The notes under the pieces: generated by a model
Databases searched by the model: none
What the model was told of the DNA's origin: nothing
The model's input: the letters and a program-made list of their open reading frames with translations, nothing else
Position numbers and translations under genes: made by a program
Shown: in pieces, positions 56,132-64,000 of the stretch
Position numbering within the stretch: position 1 is the stretch's first letter
Layout: each line of letters begins with the position of its first letter
Source of the DNA: Eledone cirrhosa
Taxonomy: Eukaryota
Assembly (NCBI GenBank): GCA_964016885.1
Contig: OZ024766.1
Coordinates: 1 to 64,000 of the forward strand
DNA: 64,000 bases
Direction of reading: 5' to 3'

Positions 56132-57705
56132 ATATATATATAATAATAATTGTTTCTACGTTTAGCATAAGGCCAGCAATTACCCCAGTGCATTACTGGT
56201 ACTTTATTTTATCGACCCCGTAAGGATGAAAGGCAAAGTTAACCTCGGCGGGATTTGAACTCAGAATGACAATAGTAATAATAATATATGTGAAGACTAA
56301 AATCCAAAGAGGGTTCGATAAGGATAATATATATATCAATATATATATAAACCGTAGAGCAAATATTTATTAAAATAATAAATAAGGGTGAAAGCAGTGA
56401 TTCTTTGCTTAAACTTTAATCGGTTATTTCAATATATATATATACGAAAGAGAGTGTTCTATGTAGGCTACAGAGATTTTTAGTTATGTAATAAACAACA
56501 TAAGATAATTAATTCATTTACCAAAGGTTTCTCGAGGACATATATTTGTATCTGTCTTCAGTCATCAGAAAGAATAGTAATGAATATATATATATATGTG
56601 TGTGTTAACGTATGTTGATGCCCTAAGGACAGACACTGGTCTGTTGGAGATGCAGGACATGGCAGCGATAATGAGGGACAGAGACCGCTGGAGAGAACTC
56701 GTCCATGGATCTCGGGAATTTTACCCGCCTTAGATAGATAGATATGTGTGTGTGTGTGTTGTTATACTTGGGGAGGGTCATATTGTTATAATATTGCCAG
56801 AAATAATAACAGAACACACTCACTGTTTGGTTTGGATTGGTTGTTGCTTCTGTATCTTTCATATCTCCATAGTTAATTTATCTGGTAATCAATGTTTCTC
56901 ATTGTCTATCAAAGTTCTTTCATCACGCATCTGTGACATCATCAGTGGTGCTATTATTTTTCCTCCTGTTGTATTGTAATGTTTACGCCATTTTTAGTTT
57001 ATTTTTATCATTTATTTATTCGTTTCTCTGTTCGCATGTGTGTTTCCTGTTTTGCGTGTGTGTTCGTGTTTGAGTGTATGTATTTTTGTATTCTATCTTT
57101 GTTCACTAGTGTGTGTTTATGTGTTTGTTGTTATTCTGCTTGTGTATACTCTTTTACTCTTTTACCTGTTTCAGCCATCCGGCTGAAGCCATGCTGGGGC
57201 ACCGCCCTTGATGTATATATATATTTATTTATTTATTTATTTATTTATTTATATTTCCCTTAAGTCAGTATTGTTTGTTTGGGTATGTTTGTTGTTGTTA
57301 TTCCATTCATTTTTTCTGTTCAACTTTGGTTTTCTTAGTTCTATCTCAGTTGCTTCCTTCTCTGATTTGCCTACCTGTTGAGTCATTTTTCTATGTTTAG
57401 ATACTATTTTAATTTCTATGTTGTCTATATTACCATCATGTCTTTGTCTGGCGTGTTCATATAGTACTGAACTGTTTGTTTGTCCTTTTAGTCCCCCCCC
57501 CCTCAGTGTTGGTCTATCTTTTCTCCTATGCTTCGAGCTGTCTCACCTATATATGTCGTGGCCATATATGCATATATAATGGTATACTCCCGTCGGAGTC
57601 GTATGGACACTATATTGACATACAGCGTTTCTAGGGCATTTTTTAACCTGGTAGGGCGCATCTCCTCTCCAGGTCTGAATACAACAAATTTCTTCCAGAG
57701 AAGGT

Positions 57706-57747
<42 letters not shown>

Positions 57748-58503
57748 CATTGGGTCTGTATTAAGCAATGGACTAGCTGTTAAGTCTTAGAATTCATTGC
57801 TCCAACTGAGCTAGCTGTTCTGAGAGTCTGGCTATTTCATCACTATACTTTCCCGAGGCCCGAGACCCGAGAAGAAGCGTATGACCCGCTGAGATGTGAA
57901 AATCTCAGACATATTGGCGCTTGAAAAATATACAGAATGTAAACTTATTTATGCGGCCACAGAAGTCAGCTTCTTGTTGGCCGATTAGATAGAAGATAAC
58001 ACTCTCTTGAAAAGGAGATCAAATTACTGATACATGTATATATGTATATATATATATATATATATACATATATACATACATATATATGTTTATATATATA
58101 TATATGTTTATATATATATATATATATGTTTATATATATATGTTTATGTTTATATATATGTTTATATATATATATATATGTTTATATATATATATATATG
58201 TTTATATATATATATATATGTTTATATATATATATGTTTATACATATATATATGTGTATATATGTGTATATTTATGTATATATAATCATGATAATAATAA
58301 AAGGAAGATTTGTTGTCTTCATTCTATCTGTATGGTTGTATTTATGTGTGTGATTATACATACATACATATATACACACACACACATATATATATATGTG
58401 TGTGTGTGTGTATGTGTGTGCGTATAAATATATAGCCCATATTATTTGCAACTCGTTACAGACACCAGTCGGGCATTTGAATCTGAACAACACCAACATC
58501 TTC

Positions 58504-59148
58504 CTAAGTTGTCACCACAATATCTAAGTTGTCACCACAATATCTCAGTTGTCACCACAAAATCGAAGTTGTCGCCACAAAATCGAAGTTGTCACCACAA
58601 TATCTAAGTCGTCACCTCTATATCGAAGTTGTCACCACAAAAATCGAAGCTGTCACCACAAAATCGAAGTTGTCGCCACAAAATCGAAGTTGTCACAACA
58701 ATATCTAAGTCGTCACCACAAAAATCGAAGTTGTCACCACAAAAATCGAAGTTGTCACCACAATATCGAAGTTGTCACCACAATATCTAAGTTGTCACCA
58801 CAAAAATCGAAGTTGTCACCACAAAAATCGAAGTTGTCACCACAGAATCGAAGTTGTCACCACAATATCCAAGTTGTCACCACAGAATCGAAGTTGTCAC
58901 AACAATATCGAAGTTGTCACCACACAATATCTAAGTTGTCACCACACAATATCTAAGCTGTCACCACACAGAATCTAAGTTGTCACCACACAATATCTAA
59001 GTTGTCACCACACAATATCTAAGTTGTCACCACACAATATCTAAGTTGTCACCACACAGAATCTAAGTTGTCACCACACAATATCTAAGTTGTCACCACA
59101 CAGAATCTAAGTTGTCACCACACAATATCTAAGTTGTCACCACAATAT
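58504..59148. repeat. Minisatellite, 20-22 bp unit (TCTAAG/TCGAAG-TTGTCACCAC(AC)AATA), about 30 copies
   Basis: Direct inspection; ends 7 nt before the ATG at 59156. Confidence 0.95.
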
Positions 59149-59155
59149 TTTCAAT

Positions 59156-59206
59156 ATGGAGGTTTTGTCACCATTCTCATTGTTATTTTTGTTACAACTT
59201 CTCTGG
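59156..59206 (+). CDS. Hemocyanin-like gene, coding exon 1 (signal peptide, MEVLSPFSLLFLLQLLW)
   Basis: ATG at 59156, 17 hydrophobic codons, then a consensus donor TGG|GTAAGT (phase 0), 1.7 kb upstream of a hemocyanin functional-unit exon. Confidence 0.75.
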
Positions 59207-59317
59207 GTAAGTACAGCTTTCTGTTGTTGTTGTTGTTGTTGTTACTGTTGTTATTATTACTGTTGTTGTTGTTACTCTTCTTTTTCTTCTTCTTCTTCTT
59301 CTTCTTCTTCTTCTCAG

Positions 59318-59406
59318 TTGTTGCCCCAACATGGCCACTGTCATTATCCCACGTCTTTTTTTTTCTCTATTCCAGTTCCCAGAACGTGAAAAACTGATAG
59401 GAAAAG
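59318..59406 (+). CDS. Hemocyanin-like gene, coding exon 2 (either a 31-nt microexon 59376-59406, FPEREKLIGK, or 59318-59406 with one T too many)
   Basis: Strong donor AAG|GTGAGT after 59406 in phase 1 joins in frame to exon 3 (G+AG=Glu). Two polypyrimidine acceptors: (CTT)n-CTCAG|59318 and T9-CTCTATTCCAG|59376. Confidence 0.65.
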
Positions 59407-59619
59407 GTGAGTAATTCTATTTTCCAGGTTCAGGATTGGAGGGGGGGGGGTATCAACCCCGGGGGGTTATCTCTCCCTATTGGGGAACTTTTCATTGTTG
59501 TACTTTTCTTGTTTATTGTTATTGTTTTCCTATTTTTTACACAATTTCTGGGTAACGCCCCCCCCCGCCGCGTCTATTGTCCCCTTTATGTCGGCCCTTG
59601 TGGCTAATAAATGAAACCG

Positions 59620-59659
<40 letters not shown>

Positions 59660-60030
59660 GGGCGGTGGATTGGCAGAATCGGTAGAGGGTCGGATGCCAT
59701 GTTTTGCAGCACAGAGCTATGCCCCTTTACGTTGTGAGTTCAAATCTCGCCGAGGTTAACTTTGGCCTTTCATCCTTACGGAGTCGATAAAATGAAGTAC
59801 CAGTAATGCACTGGGGTAATTGCTGGCCTTGTGCCTAAAGTAGAAACAATTATTTGTGGCCTAGAGAATGATGGGTTGGCATTAGTCGGTAGAGCGTCTG
59901 ACACCAAGCTTTGCAGCATAGAGTTACATCTCTTTACCTTCTGAATTCTAATGCCGCCGAGGTTAGCTTTGCCTTTCATCCTTATGGGGGTCGTTAGAAG
60001 AAAAGAACGTACCAGTAATGTACGGGGGTC
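59660..60030 (+). mobile_element. Two SINE family 2 copies (tRNA-like head, GCCTTTCATCCTTACGGGGTCGATAAAATAAAGTACCAG core)
   Basis: Same core at 1720-1810, 44980-45160, 48180-48293, 50046-50166 (+) and 35515-35601, 56147-56268 (-). Confidence 0.85.
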
Positions 60031-60519
60031 CATTTCCTCTCTAATATATTTCTCCTCTACTATCCCAAGTATTGAGTGCTCAGGAATTCCTGATTGAAAG
60101 CCACCACTGATACTCTGCTCTGTGTTTTTTGTTGTTGTTATTTCCCACCACAAAGGGACCTGTGACAAACAGGCTGAACCCCCCCCCCCACATACACACA
60201 CGTGTATATTGTTATATATACACCCTCACACTATATATACACACACTCCCGAAAACCATATTCCAATATAATAGAATTTCTTTTACAACCCTACTGCTGC
60301 CATAGAATTTGTCTCTAGCTTACACTTCCCCACCCTCATTCGAACTCTTGACCAGTCAGTTAGCCCAATCAGATATATACACACGTATTTACAGAATATT
60401 TCCTTTGCCCCCCCCCCCCCCAAAAAAAAAAAACCCCAACAACAATAACAAAAACAACAACTTTGTTTTGTGAAGAAACACAACTACCCAACACTGCTGC
60501 TACTATTATGACTACACAG

Positions 60520-60556
<37 letters not shown>

Positions 60557-60697
60557 CACAAGGACTCATTAAAACAGTTTTATAAATAAATTTGACATAC
60601 CTTAAACTTTACAACTTCCATTTAAAAACAACTTTTTAAATGGAAGTTGTAAAGTTTAAGGTATGTCAAATTTATTTATAAAACTGTTTATATATTG

Positions 60698-60763
60698 TAT
60701 TTTGTCTGAAGAGGGCATACCATATTTTTAATATGATATCCCTGAAATATATATAATGAAATA
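60698..60763 (+). ncRNA. Minimal hammerhead ribozyme motif in intron 2 of the hemocyanin-like gene
   Basis: TATTTTGT-CTGAAGA-GGGCATACCATATT TTT AATATGATATCCCT-GAAA-TATATATA-ATGAAATA, preceded by a near-perfect palindrome at about 60572-60689. Confidence 0.75.
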
Positions 60764-60846
60764 AATATGGTTTTATAAATGTAGTTTCCATTTGTTTAAT
60801 ATCATATATATATACACTACCGTAAACTCTTGGTAGATTTATCTAC

Positions 60847-60896
<50 letters not shown>

Positions 60897-60912
60897 TTTT
60901 TCTTCCTTTCAG

Positions 60913-62031
60913 AGATGTTAACCCGAAAGAACAGTGCGTCATACTCCATTTCTCAGTTCGACAACATCGCTTTTATAATCAGCAATTTTGCCAACGATAA
61001 AGGTTTACATGGGTATCACAACTTCATGGAACACCACAAAAAAAGTACGAAACTTTGCTCGAAGACAGACGACGATGCGACTTGCACACCACGTGGGAAA
61101 GCAGCATATCTTCTTTGGAATAGACTTTACCTTTCACACATAGAACAAGCCTTGATCTCGTACGACGACAGCTTTCCTGGTCTCTTTTATTACGACTGGT
61201 TAGAAGGATTTAAACCGAGAGACGAACTTGTGACGTTCAGTGAGGTTTCGACTCGAATGAAGGACTTTCTTTTGGAGAGTATATTGTTGGCTCTTGAGCA
61301 AGACAACTACTGTCAGTTCGCCATTATGCTTCTAATGGCAAATGTGCAATATTTATTTTCCAGTGACCTCTACCCACCTAAATTAGACGACATATCCGTA
61401 AATCACATCGCGGTAAATGTTGATCGCATCTTCGCTCTGTGGGTACAAGTACAGAAGGACAGAGGCAAAAAACCGTCCATCGATTGTGCTTTTAACTTGA
61501 TTCCAATGACGCTTGTGCGTCATAGGAATCAACACGATATGAGGGAAGTGAACGCTGAACAGATGCGGTTGATCATGTCCGAGTCTACGCTAGGTTACAG
61601 TTACGATCAGATCAACCTAAAGGGAATGAACACCACGCAGTTGAGCCAGTTTCTACAGAAACGCCAGACGAAGGACAGGGTTTTCGCCAACTTTCGCCTT
61701 GACACAATCAAAACCTCGGTCAGCATCCAGGTATTTGTTTGTGTGCCACAGAAACATGGCGTGGAGGTGGTAGCCGACGACTGCAAATACAAAGCGGGCA
61801 AGTTTTTCGTCATGGGAGGGTTAGAAAGTAGTTGGGATTTCGGCTACCCTTATCTCTTCGAAATCACAAACGCGTTTAAAAACCTTGATATCCATTATCT
61901 CCATGATCACTACTACGTCTATGCAGATCTATACCACTTAAGAGGTCGTCGCTTACTCAATGACACCATACCTCGGCCCACCGTCTCGTACATCCCTGCG
62001 TCGGTGCCACTAAAGAAAGGACACAAACTTG
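60913..62031 (+). CDS. Molluscan hemocyanin-like functional unit exon (tyrosinase-like core plus beta-sandwich), copper ligands degenerate
   Basis: Open 373-codon exon with acceptor TTTTCTTCCTTTCAG and donor G|GTAAGT, phase 1 at both ends like hemocyanin linker introns. Motifs TRKN, GYH, WNRL, YYDW, LALEQDNYCQF, NVDRIFALW, YSYD, DRVFANF, AGKFFVMGG, IPRPT match the hemocyanin FU consensus. Confidence 0.92.
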
Positions 62032-62173
62032 GTAAGTAGTAAACTCTGCATCTGTTTCATTACTTGGAGTGTGGTGTGGTGTAGTGTAGTGTAGTGTGGT
62101 GTAGTGTGGTGTAGTGTGGTGTGGTGTAGTGTGGTGTGGTGTGGCGTGGTGTGGCGTGGCGTGGCGTGGAGAT

Positions 62174-62496
62174 TTTATGTCCGCTTTTCCCTGCTTGCAA
62201 GGGTGGGACAGGAACTGATTCTGGCTTGATTTCTACAGCTGGATGCCCTTCCTAACACCAACCTCATTTACAGTGAGTGCTGGGTGCTTTATGGCCGTGG
62301 CGCCTCCACGACCACTTTTCAGTTGAATGATAGGGACCCCAGTCCCTATCATCTCATTTCTACAGCTGAGTAAACTGGTGCAATGTGAGAATAAAGTGTC
62401 TTGCTCAAGGAAACAACACATCACCCGGTCTGAGAATTGAACTCCCAACCTTTCGATTGCAAGCCCAATGCTCTAACCACTAAGCCATGTGCCTCC
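62174..62496 (-). mobile_element. SINE family 1 in intron 3 of the hemocyanin-like gene (duplicate at 63042-63365)
   Basis: Full-length reverse copies, co-duplicated with the exon 3' end. Confidence 0.9.
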
Positions 62497-62597
62497 ATAT
62501 GCAGTAATTATATTGTATTGTATATTACATAAATATCTAATATATATTTGTGAAATGGGTGGTGGTTGAAATTCAGATGTGCACGGCTAAATGGTAG

Positions 62598-62841
62598 TAC
62601 AAAGCGGGCAAGTTTTTCGTCATGGGAGGGTTAGAAAGCAGTTGGGATTTCAGCTACCCTTATCTCTTCGAAATCCCAAACGCGTTTAAAAACCTTGATA
62701 TCCATTATCTCCATGATCCCTACTACGTCTATGCAGATTTACACCACTTAAGAGGTCATCACTTACTCAATGACACCATACCAGGGTCCACCGTCTCGTA
62801 CATCGCTGCGCCGGTGCCACAAAAGAAAGGACACAAAGTTG
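62598..62841 (+). pseudogene. Duplicated 3' fragment of the hemocyanin-like exon (pseudo-exon)
   Basis: Copy of 61788-62031 at +810 nt with 15 substitutions (12 nonsynonymous, 3 synonymous by hand count). In-frame TAG immediately upstream; donor retained. Confidence 0.85.
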
Positions 62842-63401
62842 GTAAGTAGTAAACTCTGCATCTATTTCATTACTTGGAGTGTAGTGTGGTGTAGTGTAGT
62901 GTAGTGTGGCGTAGTGTGGTGTAGTGTGGTGTAGTGTAGTGTAGTGTGATGTGGTGTGGTGTGGTGTAGTGTAGTGTAGTGTAGTGTAGTGTAGTGTAGT
63001 GTGGTGCGGTGCGGTGCGGTGCGGTGCGGTGCGGCGCGGCGATTTTATGTCCGCTTTTCCCTGCTTGCAAGAGTGAGACAGGAACTGATTCTGGCTTGAT
63101 TTCTACAGCTGGATGCCCTTCCTAACACCAACCTCATTTACAGTGAGTGCTGGGTGCTTTTTTGCCGGGGCACCTCCACGACCACTTTGCAGTGGAATGA
63201 TAGGGACCCCAGTCCCTATCATCTCATTTCTACAGCTGAGTAAACTGGAGCAATGTGAAATAAAGTGTCTTGCTCAAGGAAACAACACATCACTTGGTCT
63301 CAGAATTGAACTCACAACCTTTCGATTGCAAGCCCAATGCTCTAACTGCTAAGTCATATGCCTCCATATGGAGTAAATATATTGTGTTGTATATTACATA
63401 A

Positions 63402-63452
<51 letters not shown>

Positions 63453-63581
63453 AAAGTTCTATTTAAATTGTTGGGATACAACAAGCAAATATTTTTATAA
63501 CTGATATAAAGCACTCAACAAGTATTTGGAGTAAATATACAATATATTAACAAATGGAAACTATATTTATAAAACCATATT

Positions 63582-63646
63582 TATTTCATTATACATATTT
63601 CAAGGACACCAAGTTAAATTATGGTGTGCTTTCATCAGACAAAATA
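63582..63646 (-). ncRNA. Minimal hammerhead ribozyme motif (left arm, mirror copy)
   Basis: Reverse complement of 63750-63814 with few substitutions. Confidence 0.78.
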
Positions 63647-63749
63647 TAATATAGATCAGTTTTTAAATAAATATTGACATACCCTTAAAGAATGCAACCA
63701 TTTCTGTTGGAAGTATGTCAATATTTATTTATAAAACTGCTTTATATAA

Positions 63750-63814
63750 TATTTTATCTGATGAAAGCACACCTTAATTTAACTTGGTGTCCTTGAAATA
63801 TGTATAATGAAATA
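63750..63814 (+). ncRNA. Minimal hammerhead ribozyme motif (right arm of palindrome about 63545-63850)
   Basis: TATTTTAT-CTGATGA-AAGCACACC...GGTGTCCTT-GAAA-TATGTATA-ATGAAATA. Confidence 0.78.
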
Positions 63815-64000
63815 AATATGGTTTTATAAATATAGTTTCCATTTGTTAATATCGTATATATATATATTTTTTTTCCGAAGTTTGAAAGGTACAATGTGTG
63901 TTTGGATGGATAATAATTAATTTATTCACATGTCCTGTACTGATATTTGGAGATTAATATATAAAGGAACGATCGACTTTCGTCAAAACGGACCGAGGGA

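Noticed and set aside
2715-58499. Hundreds of ORFs rich in Y/I/H/T/M/C/V, poly-P/Q, G/S or W/C
   Set aside because: They are translations of (TA)n, (CA)n, (TATG)n and (CCA)n-type repeats that lack stops; no protein signal.
60915-62039. Single-exon 374-aa gene as given in the ORF track
   Set aside because: The ATG is 2 nt inside a strong acceptor and the stop lies just past a consensus donor; better read as an internal phase-1 exon, although intron read-through cannot be excluded.

Overview
AT-rich eukaryotic genomic DNA, most likely from an octopod cephalopod. That inference rests on the (TA)n/(CA)n/(TATG)n load, the SINE/RTE-LINE repertoire and a molluscan hemocyanin-type exon. Nearly all ORFs in the supplied track are microsatellite artefacts. 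The only well-supported host gene is the 5' part of a spliced, secreted hemocyanin-like gene on + (signal-peptide exon 59156-59206, a short second exon ending at 59406, and a 1119-nt phase-1/phase-1 functional-unit exon at 60913-62031). Its functional unit keeps the fold and the disulfide cysteines but appears to have lost 5 of 6 copper-binding histidines and the thioether cysteine. The rest is tRNA-derived SINEs, RTE and RLE-type LINE debris, a Helentron-like element, several satellites (two derived from LINE coding sequence) and a 9-kb array of foldback elements. There is also a dense set of short Penelope-like elements carrying minimal hammerhead ribozyme motifs, many sitting as fold-back palindromes inside (TA)n tracts. 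All alignments and folds were done by eye.
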